A DNA stretch of 64,000 bases, from positions 7,111 through 71,110 of the IMG/VR virus record IMGVR_UViG_3300042691_020142. One strand, written 5' to 3'. Position numbers and translations under genes: made by a program. Of this stretch, positions 14,460 to 25,129 are shown in pieces (within the stretch, counting starts at the first letter, position 1; each line of letters begins with the position of its first letter). The notes beneath the pieces are model-generated. The model was given only the letters and a program-made list of their open reading frames with translations, had not been told where the DNA came from and made no database searches. The DNA comes from a virus.

Positions 14460-15283
14460 ATCTTTTTATTAAAATACCAAGTATTATTTAAAGTTTTAGA
14501 ATACATTAATCCCAGTGATGTACATGTATGTCTGTCATTACAAATTCTTTCGTGTCTAACTGATAGTAGTTTTTGACCAGTAACTGGACATGAAAAAGGT
14601 CCGCTAACCCCTCCAGATGCGCTTTTACCGCAACCATCATAAGCATTAGTACACCAGTGGCGTTTATTCTTTCCAGATCCGCTTGTATGATTGCATCCTC
14701 TAAATGCTTGACCGCAAGTATTAGGACCGCAAGACAATTGAACCTGTTTAGGTGGTATTACACAATTTTCTTGATATTCTTTATAAAAATATCTATCTAA
14801 TCTAAATGGTATCAGTTGATATAGATTAATATATACATAAAAATCTTGCGTTGGAGAAAATTTACTAGATGGAAAATTTTCATTTAACCAATCTAATATT
14901 ATAGTGCTTGGGTATACGTTTTTATTATTATTCCACTCATTAACTTCTATTAATTTATTATAAAAAACACTTATTGGTCTAGTCCAACTAGAACTTAATG
15001 ATTGAATGTATGAATATAAATTGTTAAATTTATCATAATTAGCTTTTATATTATTATTTATCTCCGTATATTTTGCGCTATTTTCACTGAAATATGTAAA
15101 ATATTCATTAAAATAATTTACATGAGTTTCAAAACTTTTAAGAGATGACGATAAGCTTATTATATTATGGTTTATAATTTTATAAGAATTTGATAAACAT
15201 AAATTTTCATCTATTAAGAATACGCTTCCGCATTCAGTTTGTGTTTTTTTAAATTCTTTAATTTCTTCTATAATCATAACCAA
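14456..15283 (-). CDS. Short-fibre paralogue 1 with Cys-rich insert
   Basis: IDENLCLSNSYKIINHN, SSWTRP, WLNENFP; 9 Cys in C-terminal third; ATGA overlap with next gene. Confidence 0.65.
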   Translation of the reverse strand: MVMIIEEIKEFKKTQTECGSVFLIDENLCLSNSYKIINHNIISLSSSLKSFETHVNYFNEYFTYFSENSAKYTEINNNIKANYDKFNNLYSYIQSLSSSWTRPISVFYNKLIEVNEWNNNKNVYPSTIILDWLNENFPSSKFSPTQDFYVYINLYQLIPFRLDRYFYKEYQENCVIPPKQVQLSCGPNTCGQAFRGCNHTSGSGKNKRHWCTNAYDGCGKSASGGVSGPFSCPVTGQKLLSVRHERICNDRHTCTSLGLMYSKTLNNTWYFNKKI

Positions 15284-18200
15284 TTTATTTTATATAACTC
15301 AGTATTAGCTGGAGATATTTTAGATATGTTTTCTCTTATTGATTCTTCTATAATCATTTTTATATCATCATTTACATTAAAATTATATAAATTTATGTTA
15401 TAGTATTTACTTTTACTTCCGGGTGTTTGCAATTTTAACCAATGAGCAATTTCTTCAATATAACTTCTTTCCCCCACAAGCATATTCCAAGATAAATCTC
15501 TATCTTGAGCTACAAAAGATGAAGAATAATATAATTGTTCTTGTTCACCAACAGTCAAAGATTTATTATATAGTCTTAAATCTGATATTTTACCAACAAA
15601 TTTATAACCATCGTTAATATCTATAATATCGTTAAGTGTTGTATTTCTAACAGTCTCAGCACCCAAGAGCAATGATGTTCTATATTTGTAATATATTTGA
15701 TATTTTTTTGGTTCAAAAAATTCTTGATGAGATAATACATTATCTATATATGTTTTAGCATATCCTTCACTGGAATTAAAATTTAAAATAAAGTTATGCC
15801 ATCCAGATGATAAGTTTTCTGTTTTTATCGGTAAAATCAATAAATTTTTATTTTTACCGTTTGGATTTGCTATGTTAACTTTCCAACTTAATTTCTTATT
15901 ACTAGAAGAATATCTTCTTAAGAAGTTATAACCCGTAAAGTCACCATCGGCTAATATTTTAACATCTTTTCCAATGTTTAATCCTTTTAAATTAAGTTTT
16001 ATAACTAAATCTCCATAATCATTTAGAGTGTATAATTGAGAATCTAAAGTATCTAATAAAATTAATCTATCTTCTGTAGCTTTTAACGTAGCTTCACAAG
16101 TATTAGAATTTATATCTCTAGGAACTCTTACAAAATTTAAATATCTTCTTCTTTTTGTATAATCATAACATGGGTCTTCTGGTAAACTTGAAGTAGAACC
16201 TATTCTTTTCGGAAACCCAGATGCTATCTTATTTAATTTAGTATCTATTTTTGTTAAGCTATCTTGACCATGTAAAATCCATATATTATTTTGAGCGTCA
16301 CATGTTAAATATTCGACAAATCCTATATTACCAAATACTTTTTTATTTTTATATAGATTTCCGCCTACTATTTCCCAAACATTATCTTCTGAATCTAAAA
16401 CAGAATGTGTTCCGAATAAAGAAAGAATCTCCCCTTTAGAATTTATTTCTATTCGATTTGTATTTTCATCTAATGTTAAATTTTCAATCAAAACTCCGTA
16501 TGTATTAAACACTACACATTTTTTTGTTTTTACATCGAAGAAATAAACATTTTCATTAGAATCTATCTCTATTTGAGACACTTCATCTAGTGATTTTAAA
16601 TTTTGTGTTAATAAATCGGTTTCGTCAAATCCAACTTTAACTGTTGATTGGTTATCAATATTAAATTTTATACCTTGAATATTTTTCTTGTCGAATATCC
16701 AATAATTAAAATCATTTAATCTTTGTATATAACTATTTTCTGGTGTATTTTGATTTTTTAAATCTGTATAAATTGTATTTAAATCGGCTACATTCAATAA
16801 AGAAAATCTATAGTTTAAATTATAGGCAGTATTATTCAAAGAATCCATCAGTGTTATAATTGGAGTAGTTATAGAAGATTCATTTATTAATCCATATCCA
16901 CTATCATAGTAATTTCCAAAAATTTGAGATCCTTCTATATAATTCCAATCATTAACATTGATCCACATAGAAACTGTTAAATTATAAGGTTCAAGTAATT
17001 CTGTCGTTGCGGGAAAAAGAACATGATTTGAACCATCTAATTGAATATAATAATCTTTTAGGTTAGTTTCTTTATTATTATAAACTATTCCGTAGTAATC
17101 TTCTTTATAATCATATTTTAATTGATCAGAAGTCCAATTTGTTATTTGTAAAATTGAAGATGCAGATAGATAGTTTAAAAATTGAATTCTGTTATTCTGC
17201 CCAATATGAAAAAAGTTATATAAAACACCCGGTTCTAAATACATTTGCGATGGAACATCAAAAGTATAATTTAAAGATGGATCTAATTTATCATGATATA
17301 CTAATGCTTTTGTTGATAACGCTTGATCCATTGTAAAATAAGCAGCATTATAATATCTATCCATCCAAACTTTATCTCCATTTAGACTTCCAGACAACCA
17401 AGAACATAACCAAGTATTTGATTCTATTGGTATTGATTTAGGTTGATTTGAATCTGGAATTAATTCTTTATAGTTTTGAAGTTTAACGGAAAGTCTATCC
17501 GAGTTATAAGGTATCTCACCGGCTATAGCTCCATCCTCAATTAATCCAGAATCCATAATATGAATTCTTTCTGCTGTAGGAGGAAAATAAAATTCAGTTA
17601 CATTATCAGGTTTAAACTTATACTCTAACGTATTTGAAACGAATCCTAAGAATAAATTTTGTAAACCTCCGGTTTGATTAGAGCCGGAAAAAATTTGTTC
17701 ATATATTCTTCTAACTCCTCTTTGATCATCTAAAAGAGTAGCTCCAAAACTATAGTTATATTCCGGAGTTTGATAATTTTTTAATGAGTGTATTGCTAGT
17801 GGGTATTCAGCAAAAACATCTCCGTCTGTTAAATTTTCATTTGGAAAAATTCCAATGTAATTTTGCGAATATTCTTGTGATGCTATTTCTTCATCTAATA
17901 CTAACGAATTTTTTTCATCTAAAGGAGTAATTTTATATTTTGCTAAAAAACTGTTTTTTATGTTGTTATCGTAAGCATCTAAATTTTTATCATAACATAA
18001 TAAATTAAAAGATGCTTCTATCGGAAATGTGCTTGCTGATAATAAATTTGATATATTTTTAAGAACATATTTTCCATTCGTTTGATCGGTATACATTACC
18101 GCATTTCTAAATCTGTAAACTTCGTTTCTGTCATCTATTTCAAATAAAGATATAGAATTTTCTCCTAAAAAATAATCAAATTGTTGTGCTTGGTTTTCAG

Positions 18201-18711
18201 GAAAGATTTTAGGTTGAAATTCAACACCATTTATCATATTCTCAGATTTACTTGTTAAGTAATAATCCATGTAGTTTTTAACCATTACATGTCCTTCTGG
18301 ATAAAAAATAAAAGTAAAAATATCTTTATCATTAAATCTGGTGTCACTTGAAGTAACCATACTAAAATAGAGTCCATTGTCCTCTATTTTTACTACAGTA
18401 GACGATGCATTATTTTGAAATGTCCCTACTGGAGTTTTAATCGTTAACAAATAGTTTGAATCTTTTTGTGGTATATTATCTTCCAAAAAATCTCTAGATT
18501 TTTTTAGGTTTGTTAAAAACATACCCGCATTGTGATTTGATGAATAATCAGTACAATCATTTAAACACTCTGTTAAATTAAAAAACATACCATTTTTAGT
18601 TAAAATGGGTGTTTCTTTTAATTTTATTTGTTCTCCAATAATAGAAAACTTTACTGGTTTCCAATATATTGATGAAAGGTTAGTGTAGAAATTTATATTT
18701 GAAGAAGACAT
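15274..18711 (-). CDS. Large virion protein: LamG/concanavalin domain with beta-propeller-like repeats
   Basis: NLTVSMWIN...GWHNFILNF...FVGKISDLRLYNKSL; repeats IEIDSNENVYF, LDSEDNVWE, TCDAQNNIWI. Confidence 0.7.
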   Translation of the reverse strand: MSSSNINFYTNLSSIYWKPVKFSIIGEQIKLKETPILTKNGMFFNLTECLNDCTDYSSNHNAGMFLTNLKKSRDFLEDNIPQKDSNYLLTIKTPVGTFQNNASSTVVKIEDNGLYFSMVTSSDTRFNDKDIFTFIFYPEGHVMVKNYMDYYLTSKSENMINGVEFQPKIFPENQAQQFDYFLGENSISLFEIDDRNEVYRFRNAVMYTDQTNGKYVLKNISNLLSASTFPIEASFNLLCYDKNLDAYDNNIKNSFLAKYKITPLDEKNSLVLDEEIASQEYSQNYIGIFPNENLTDGDVFAEYPLAIHSLKNYQTPEYNYSFGATLLDDQRGVRRIYEQIFSGSNQTGGLQNLFLGFVSNTLEYKFKPDNVTEFYFPPTAERIHIMDSGLIEDGAIAGEIPYNSDRLSVKLQNYKELIPDSNQPKSIPIESNTWLCSWLSGSLNGDKVWMDRYYNAAYFTMDQALSTKALVYHDKLDPSLNYTFDVPSQMYLEPGVLYNFFHIGQNNRIQFLNYLSASSILQITNWTSDQLKYDYKEDYYGIVYNNKETNLKDYYIQLDGSNHVLFPATTELLEPYNLTVSMWINVNDWNYIEGSQIFGNYYDSGYGLINESSITTPIITLMDSLNNTAYNLNYRFSLLNVADLNTIYTDLKNQNTPENSYIQRLNDFNYWIFDKKNIQGIKFNIDNQSTVKVGFDETDLLTQNLKSLDEVSQIEIDSNENVYFFDVKTKKCVVFNTYGVLIENLTLDENTNRIEINSKGEILSLFGTHSVLDSEDNVWEIVGGNLYKNKKVFGNIGFVEYLTCDAQNNIWILHGQDSLTKIDTKLNKIASGFPKRIGSTSSLPEDPCYDYTKRRRYLNFVRVPRDINSNTCEATLKATEDRLILLDTLDSQLYTLNDYGDLVIKLNLKGLNIGKDVKILADGDFTGYNFLRRYSSSNKKLSWKVNIANPNGKNKNLLILPIKTENLSSGWHNFILNFNSSEGYAKTYIDNVLSHQEFFEPKKYQIYYKYRTSLLLGAETVRNTTLNDIIDINDGYKFVGKISDLRLYNKSLTVGEQEQLYYSSSFVAQDRDLSWNMLVGERSYIEEIAHWLKLQTPGSKSKYYNINLYNFNVNDDIKMIIEESIRENISKISPANTELYKINWL

Positions 18712-18737
18712 TTATGAATATTTATTATTTTTTACTA

Positions 18738-19433
18738 TTATAAGGATATGTGATAAGAATTTTGGTAATCTATTTTAGCAAAAGGTATAAAACTATCTAC
18801 TTTAACAACTTCAAATAGGTTTATATCTTCTATCATTATACTGAATAGTGCTATATTGTATGTATTATTTCTAAATATAAAAGAAACATTAAATTTATTA
18901 GTATTATTATTGTATGTTATTACTGGTGTTTCAACATCTGGTATTTTTCTACCCCAATCTGTTGAAGATGTAAATTTAAAATAAAATCTTTCTTGAAGTC
19001 TAGAATATAAGAAACCGGTTTTACAATCAAATTCTTTAAATAAGAAAACAAATTGAAGAGAGTCAACTTCTTGGACATCAAACACTAAATCTACAAAATA
19101 TACTTTTAATTTTTTTTCATCAAACCAATATTTTGTTGTTGTATTTTTTACTCTGGTGAAAAAATTATTATTATTATATGGATAAACTTTGTAATCATTA
19201 TCAATATAAAATTTTTCTATTATATAACCATTATTTGTTTCAATAAAAATAACATCATAAAAAACATCAAAATTTTTTATATTATTATTTATTAAATCGT
19301 TATAAAAATAAGAATTTACATTTCTATATTTTTCAAAAATAGAAGATAAAGACTCAACAGATGATTCTATAGAACCATTTACTTTTCTCAGCCAAAAACT
19401 TCCATCATTTATTTGATCATTATAAACACTCAC
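18738..19433 (-). CDS. Hypothetical (probably structural) protein
   Basis: 231-aa ORF, GTG start 5 nt after TATAAATA. Confidence 0.65.
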   Translation of the reverse strand: MSVYNDQINDGSFWLRKVNGSIESSVESLSSIFEKYRNVNSYFYNDLINNNIKNFDVFYDVIFIETNNGYIIEKFYIDNDYKVYPYNNNNFFTRVKNTTTKYWFDEKKLKVYFVDLVFDVQEVDSLQFVFLFKEFDCKTGFLYSRLQERFYFKFTSSTDWGRKIPDVETPVITYNNNTNKFNVSFIFRNNTYNIALFSIMIEDINLFEVVKVDSFIPFAKIDYQNSYHISL

Positions 19434-19438
19434 TTATA

Positions 19439-19446
19439 TATTTATA
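19439..19446 (-). promoter_or_regulatory. T4-type late promoter TATAAATA
   Basis: Exact T4 gp55 consensus, 5 nt before the start at 19433. Confidence 0.7.
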
Positions 19447-19454
19447 ATCAAATA

Positions 19455-20615
19455 TCAATATCTTCCACAATCAATTTTAAATCCTCTTATACTTGATACA
19501 CTAGAACCAGAACCGGATAAATTAGTGGATACAGTCATAGAAAGAGCATTAGCAGATCCTATTACGTTAATATTTCCACCTATTCCAGCGGAACCACTTA
19601 CGTTAACAGATCCAGTGGTTGTAATGTTATTAAGAGAATTTATTACACCTTTAACTGCTAAATTTCCACTTACGCTTAAGTTGTTAGTAATTATTGCATT
19701 ATTAGCGGTAAATTGGTTTGCGCTTAGAACGTTAGAAGAAATCGTTGAAGATTCTACATTAGCTCTTAATGTGTCTAATTTAAACGTTTGATCAGATGTT
19801 TGTATATTTGTAGTGGAAGTAGGATCTGATGTTAATCCACTAAATAAAGTCCATTTATTATCAGATGCTATTCTCGTTAAGCCTGTATACTGATAAGTTC
19901 CATTGTTAAAAGAACCGACTAATCCTATATCATTTAAATTTAAATTATTGTTTTTTGATATATAAATAATAGGATCATCTATATACAAATTAGTAGTATT
20001 TATTTGAGTGGAAGAACCCATTACAAATAAGTTTCCATCTACTAATAAATCTTTTTTAAACCTTACATTATCGTTTGCTGTTAATCCACCATAAATGGAT
20101 ATATTATTTTTTGCGCTGATTAAATCGGAAACTGTTAAATTACCTTTTATATATGTATTATTGTTTATATAAACACCTGATAAAAAATCTATTGTTAATG
20201 TATTATTTCCATTATTTGTAACATTATAATTGTCAGCGAGTATAACACCATTATAATTTGATATTATATTTTTAATATCAATTAAATTAGTTGATGTTAT
20301 AGTAGGTGTTGATAAAGAAATTGAACTTATATTTCCCGATACAGTAAGTTTGTTTTTATAATCGGTTGTTCCTATGCTTATGTTGTTTCCGGATAATGAT
20401 AAACTTTCAGCACTAGACCATGATCTTATACCTTTGTTATTTGATATTGGTAAAAAATAAATTCCAGTCAACCCAGAATTTAAAGAAATAGGAAATCCTA
20501 AATTTGGTTCAGCGTCAGCTAAACCCAAAAATTCATATCTATCATCCGAAGCACTTAATGGAGAATTTACTAAAATTCTTCCGCTAACTAATTGTGCTTT
20601 ATTTCCTTTTGACAT
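19455..20615 (-). CDS. Tail-fibre-like beta-repeat protein
   Basis: SGR...DRYEFLGLADAEPNLG N-terminus of a type seen in T4-like phage structural proteins; LTVSGN/LSVSGN repeats; ends IDCGRY. Confidence 0.7.
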   Translation of the reverse strand: MSKGNKAQLVSGRILVNSPLSASDDRYEFLGLADAEPNLGFPISLNSGLTGIYFLPISNNKGIRSWSSAESLSLSGNNISIGTTDYKNKLTVSGNISSISLSTPTITSTNLIDIKNIISNYNGVILADNYNVTNNGNNTLTIDFLSGVYINNNTYIKGNLTVSDLISAKNNISIYGGLTANDNVRFKKDLLVDGNLFVMGSSTQINTTNLYIDDPIIYISKNNNLNLNDIGLVGSFNNGTYQYTGLTRIASDNKWTLFSGLTSDPTSTTNIQTSDQTFKLDTLRANVESSTISSNVLSANQFTANNAIITNNLSVSGNLAVKGVINSLNNITTTGSVNVSGSAGIGGNINVIGSANALSMTVSTNLSGSGSSVSSIRGFKIDCGRY

Positions 20616-20618
20616 ATG

Positions 20619-20960
20619 TTATTCGTTAACAGTTTCTAAAATTGATAATGTTAAATTTATGGAGTCTGTATTAACAGAACTAGCAACTAAAACGTCTCCT
20701 TGAGCTAAAACCATTTTTCCTACCGTTAAATTTGCAGCATCGTATTTTGGAATTTGAAAATTTTTAATTACATCGTAATAGCTATTTGTTTGATTTAATG
20801 CTGATACACCTAATGTTATTGTTTGAGTTTGTGATGTTAAATTGCTTCCTATAGCGGATAATATTATAGACGCTCTTTTCTCTGGAGCTACATAAACAGC
20901 AGTTGCTGTTGTTTGTAATTTCGCAGAAACTCTTTTAAAATTATTAAGTGGTATTTTCAT
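20619..20960 (-). CDS. Small beta-sandwich structural protein
   Basis: PLNNFK...VYVAP...SIILS...KMVLAQGD...SILET pattern common beside T4-like fibre genes. Confidence 0.65.
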   Translation of the reverse strand: MKIPLNNFKRVSAKLQTTATAVYVAPEKRASIILSAIGSNLTSQTQTITLGVSALNQTNSYYDVIKNFQIPKYDAANLTVGKMVLAQGDVLVASSVNTDSINLTLSILETVNE

Positions 20961-20975
20961 GGTTATTTATTATAT

Positions 20976-23408
20976 TTATTCCATTGCTATAGCGAATGGA
21001 GTAAACAACGAAATTACTGATCTATCAAAAGTATATCCTTCTATTCTATTATTATCTTGAGATATAACAAAATTTTTACCGAAACTTACATTTCCGTTTT
21101 GATCGACAGAATTGAAGTATACTATTCCAGACGCAAAATCTTCAGTTGTATCGTAGCAAACTTCTAAATCTTTATTAGTAACTCCACCTAAAGACGGAAT
21201 AGACTTTTTAAGAACTATACCACAACCAACATATTCAAAATTATGAGAATCTGATGTTATTGTACTTCTAAGATAGAAATTTGTTTTTGTGCTTGCTGGT
21301 ATATTAACTAATATGTTTTTTGGTAAGTTAATTCTATATTGAGAATCTGTTATTTTAGTCGGTTGGTCTAAAATAGGTAATCTTATTGAACTTAATGGAT
21401 TGTTGTTTACTAAAAACTCTACAATCATTCCTTGAGATGGAGATTTTGCTAATCTATTGTTATTAGCGGTTAATTCATATATAATAGTTTCTGTTAAGTT
21501 TGTAACATCTACATAATCAGCTGATAAAGGATAAACTTCAGCTAGTGTAACACCGGATAAAACTGGTACTGGTGAAACACCTAAAGCTACAAGTCCTGAT
21601 AAACCAAACATGTTTGTGCATGAATCAGATATACATTTTCCTCCGCTTTCGCATAATATACCTTGAGAACAGCACGTAAATAATCCATTATTAGCATTTA
21701 CATTACCGTTATTTTTTACCCAAATTCCTTTTCCTCCTTCTACTATTGCATTAAAGTCATTTACATGTAATGTTCTTTTATATAATCCTTTTACTAAATT
21801 GCCATCCACTCTTATAGCATGACCACAATCTAATGACAATCCAGATACTGGAGAGTTTAATATTACTTTTTTAGAAACATCTCCGAGATATTTAAAAGTA
21901 TCTAAAACTAGATCTTTCGTTAGAATGTTTGATGAGCTTACTTTATTAAATAATAAATTTGAGTAATGCGTTGTGGATGCTGTTGTGTTGGAAGATAAAT
22001 CAAATATGAAAGAATCAATCATAAGATTCATTTCTTTTTTATATTCATCTAAATATGTTTTTTGTAAAACTTCATAATCTGATTCTTGTACATAAGCATA
22101 AGCTTCTTCTAAAATAAACTGTCTATTACTTGAAAGTAATAAAGCACTATTTATATATGAAGAAGATAATGATGTTACGGGTGAAACTAAAACAGTTGAC
22201 CCGTTTAGATAATTTTTTAAATCAACAAATTGGTTATTAATAAAATAATGAATTGTTCCCGATATATTCGGAACATCTTCAAAAACTTCATATTTAATAA
22301 CACCGTATATATAATCTAATGTAGATAATAATGCTTGTTTAGTAGATATGTTATTATCGTTTGGTAACATTAAACTTGATGTATTATTATAAAATGTCTT
22401 TCCAGCTTCTAAAATTAATCTATTTGAATTAGCGGAAATATCATAAATTAAAGAATTTAATATAACTTTAACGTCACGGTAAAAATTCTTTTCTAAAGAT
22501 GGACTAAATACATCTATTCCAAAATTTTGTAAAACATATGGTCTTATAGAAAAAATATCATCTTCATTTTCGTAATAACTTCTTTTGTTTTGTAGATAGC
22601 TTATTACTTCTTGAAATGCTGGTATAGTCATCGGAGAGAATGGTTCTAACATTCTTGTTCCGGTAATACCATAATTTATAACAGAAAACGAATTATCATA
22701 TAATTTTTCAAACATATTATATGATTGTGATGTTGCGGTTTTTGAAAAATCAAAAACTTGATTTACATTTATCTGTATAGGTGATTTTAAAGCATTTATA
22801 CTAAAAGTAACGCATTCTACTTTAGGTTCTACTAGAAAAAATGGTATTTCGGATGGTCTATTCATCTCAAACCCTAAAACATAATAAGCTCTTATATATT
22901 CGTCATCTGTTACGTTTATAATATCTATATCTGGACTTATAAATTTTGGGTATGCTATGGCAGCTGATGGATTTAAATTTCCTTTAAATGTTATTCCGCC
23001 TACATAACATCCATCATTTATCCATATTGTGTCATAATATGGATCTTCAGGTCTTATTATTACTCTTTTTTCATTTTCTCCTACTAATGTAGTTTTTCTA
23101 GGTAAAAGTAATGGATTTTTTTCAACATATTCTCCAGAATTTAAATGTATAGTATATCCATTAAATGTTGGATTGTCATTTATGTATTTTAATGCTTTTT
23201 TTATTGTTTTAAATGGAGATGTTAACGAAGTTCCAACATTAAAAAAGTCGCTTCCAGTTGGGGATACATAAACAACATAAGCTCCCGTAAATCCATTAAT
23301 AGAATTTAATTGAAGTTTATATGTTCTATCGCCGCGATCTAATGCAATAACATCACTTGGAGTTGCGTACGTAGCTAACGGTAATTCTGAAATTGTTGTA
23401 TCCGACAT
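20976..23408 (-). CDS. Tail spike/fibre with pectin-lyase-like beta-helix features
   Basis: TISELP N-terminus; VYVSPTGSD...PFKTIKKAL...GEYVE..PL..P...LVG (DUF1565-like); HNFEYVGCG. Confidence 0.7.
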   Translation of the reverse strand: MSDTTISELPLATYATPSDVIALDRGDRTYKLQLNSINGFTGAYVVYVSPTGSDFFNVGTSLTSPFKTIKKALKYINDNPTFNGYTIHLNSGEYVEKNPLLLPRKTTLVGENEKRVIIRPEDPYYDTIWINDGCYVGGITFKGNLNPSAAIAYPKFISPDIDIINVTDDEYIRAYYVLGFEMNRPSEIPFFLVEPKVECVTFSINALKSPIQINVNQVFDFSKTATSQSYNMFEKLYDNSFSVINYGITGTRMLEPFSPMTIPAFQEVISYLQNKRSYYENEDDIFSIRPYVLQNFGIDVFSPSLEKNFYRDVKVILNSLIYDISANSNRLILEAGKTFYNNTSSLMLPNDNNISTKQALLSTLDYIYGVIKYEVFEDVPNISGTIHYFINNQFVDLKNYLNGSTVLVSPVTSLSSSYINSALLLSSNRQFILEEAYAYVQESDYEVLQKTYLDEYKKEMNLMIDSFIFDLSSNTTASTTHYSNLLFNKVSSSNILTKDLVLDTFKYLGDVSKKVILNSPVSGLSLDCGHAIRVDGNLVKGLYKRTLHVNDFNAIVEGGKGIWVKNNGNVNANNGLFTCCSQGILCESGGKCISDSCTNMFGLSGLVALGVSPVPVLSGVTLAEVYPLSADYVDVTNLTETIIYELTANNNRLAKSPSQGMIVEFLVNNNPLSSIRLPILDQPTKITDSQYRINLPKNILVNIPASTKTNFYLRSTITSDSHNFEYVGCGIVLKKSIPSLGGVTNKDLEVCYDTTEDFASGIVYFNSVDQNGNVSFGKNFVISQDNNRIEGYTFDRSVISLFTPFAIAME

Positions 23409-23414
23409 TATATA

Positions 23415-23422
23415 TATTTATA
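23415..23422 (-). promoter_or_regulatory. T4-type late promoter TATAAATA
   Basis: Exact consensus 6 nt before ATG 23408. Confidence 0.7.
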
Positions 23423-23437
23423 TTAAAATATTAATCT

Positions 23438-23875
23438 TTATAAAAAGAATACGTAAACATCATCACCTTCTTTTACAACAGAGAAATTTCTAAAAGCACC
23501 ATTTTCTTTAGATATGGTATCATAAAACTTTGGCCATTCGGACATTGTAGTTTTTGCTACTTTACCTCTGTAATCAATAAGAATTGGTTTAACTTCGTTA
23601 TCTTTTGCTATTTTTTCAATTAAATCTTGTCTGTTCGTTTCTTCTGCATCTAACAATAAAAAATCAACACAATTATTTTTATATAAATTTACATAATCTC
23701 TTACTCTTTGTGCGCAAGAGCAAGAAGGATTAACAGATGCGCTTTCAATATCATTTTCTATTACGGTTGCAAATGTTTTGAATTTTTCTCTAAACTCGCT
23801 TCCGTAATTTGGTTTAATAAGTTCTAAAAAAACTGCTCCTAAATTTCCATGTTGCAATAAGTATTCTTTTGTCAT
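23438..23875 (-). CDS. CxC-motif protein, paralogue of 29696..30118
   Basis: IESASVNPSCSC...YRGKVAKT..SEW...FSVVKEGDDVYVFFL. Confidence 0.75.
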   Translation of the reverse strand: MTKEYLLQHGNLGAVFLELIKPNYGSEFREKFKTFATVIENDIESASVNPSCSCAQRVRDYVNLYKNNCVDFLLLDAEETNRQDLIEKIAKDNEVKPILIDYRGKVAKTTMSEWPKFYDTISKENGAFRNFSVVKEGDDVYVFFL

Positions 23876-23880
23876 AATAA

Positions 23881-23888
23881 TATTTATA
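23881..23888 (-). promoter_or_regulatory. T4-type late promoter TATAAATA
   Basis: Exact consensus 5 nt before ATG 23875. Confidence 0.7.
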
Positions 23889-23891
23889 AAA

Positions 23892-24266
23892 TTAAAGTAT
23901 AAAATTCAATTCTGATGATGTTATAGTTGGAGTATTAGTTTGTGGTTCTGTAATACTAAACCCTACATTACTAACAGAAGAATAAGGAATATTAAACGTG
24001 TTGTTTATATTTTGTTTTAAAAAATTTAAATGTTCTGAAAACGAAGAATTTTCTTTTTTAAGAATATTGTCAACTATTGGTTTTGCAACTTTTGCTAATT
24101 GTAATATAATATCTTCTTCTTGGTTTAAATTTACTAAATCAAAACTAAAAGATTGATATGATTCTATTGGATTTTTGAAAAGATTTGAATAAGGTTTAAA
24201 TATTATTCTTTCATCATTTTCAATATTTTGTATTATGATTTTTATTTCTGTATTTTGTTCTTCCAT
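23892..24266 (-). CDS. Adhesin-partner protein, paralogue of 25132..25665
   Basis: KPYSNLFKNPIESYQ...QLA aligns with QPYCTFFKKPSSEYQ...QLA. Confidence 0.7.
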   Translation of the reverse strand: MEEQNTEIKIIIQNIENDERIIFKPYSNLFKNPIESYQSFSFDLVNLNQEEDIILQLAKVAKPIVDNILKKENSSFSEHLNFLKQNINNTFNIPYSSVSNVGFSITEPQTNTPTITSSELNFIL

Positions 24267-24271
24267 ATAAT

Positions 24272-24279
24272 TATTTATA
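24272..24279 (-). promoter_or_regulatory. T4-type late promoter TATAAATA
   Basis: Exact consensus overlapping the upstream stop, 5 nt before ATG 24266. Confidence 0.7.
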
Positions 24280-25129
24280 ATAGTCTTCCTAAAGTAGAAC
24301 CACTGCTGGTTAAATCATATAAAGCTGAAGCAGATCTTTGTAAATAATAACCAGCTAGACCCCCGGAACCTCCAGTTTTTGTTGCTGAAGATGTTCCAGA
24401 TGATCCGTTTGCTCCATAATTACCACCAGCACCTCCTGCTCCAGATCCAGTTCCAGATGCTGCTAATCCAGTTAATACTGAAATGTTGTGTCCTTTTCCG
24501 CTTCCTCCACTTCCCCCAGTTCCAGAATCGGTACATGTGCTACAACTAGTTGTTCTAGGTCCAGTACATCTACCATATAAACAACTATTATAACAAGGAT
24601 CTCCCGGAAATGCAGGAGGACAACCATCCATATTATTGCTATCCGTACAACAACAATTTGTTGAACCAAAACAGCCTGTTGAACAGTTACATGAATATGA
24701 ACTGTAATGTCCGGCTCCTCCCCCGCCGCCGCCACCCCCGGAATATATATTTCCGTTGTTTATTATTTTTAAACTGTTGCATATAGTATTTTGTATATGC
24801 AATGCTGATCCTCCAGTACCTCCAGCTGATCCATTTGCTGTTGATCCACCTCCAGCGCCAGCGTATCCTCCTGCTCCTAAAATAGATCCATTATTAGTTA
24901 TTTGTATTATATCATATGACCTAAAAGAATTTGGAATTACAAAAGCGGGTAACGTAGGATCTGTTGAATATATAGAAACTCCGGAAGGTATATTTATAAA
25001 GACTCTTAATTTTTTACTCGTATTAGACCATCCTCTAGATTGCAAGTGAGTATACAAGTTAAAATTAGTTTGCGTTGTTAAATCAACAGCTACCGTATAC
25101 CAACTTGATAATCCTCGTATTCTTCTCAT
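24275..25129 (-). CDS. gp38-like glycine-rich receptor-binding adhesin with 12-Cys insert (copy B)
   Basis: ITNNGSILGAGG..GAGG, GGTGGSAL, NNGNIYSGGGGGGGG, GAGGAGG, GGSGGLAG motifs match T-even gp38 polyglycine architecture. Confidence 0.75.
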   Translation of the reverse strand: MRRIRGLSSWYTVAVDLTTQTNFNLYTHLQSRGWSNTSKKLRVFINIPSGVSIYSTDPTLPAFVIPNSFRSYDIIQITNNGSILGAGGYAGAGGGSTANGSAGGTGGSALHIQNTICNSLKIINNGNIYSGGGGGGGGAGHYSSYSCNCSTGCFGSTNCCCTDSNNMDGCPPAFPGDPCYNSCLYGRCTGPRTTSCSTCTDSGTGGSGGSGKGHNISVLTGLAASGTGSGAGGAGGNYGANGSSGTSSATKTGGSGGLAGYYLQRSASALYDLTSSGSTLGRLL

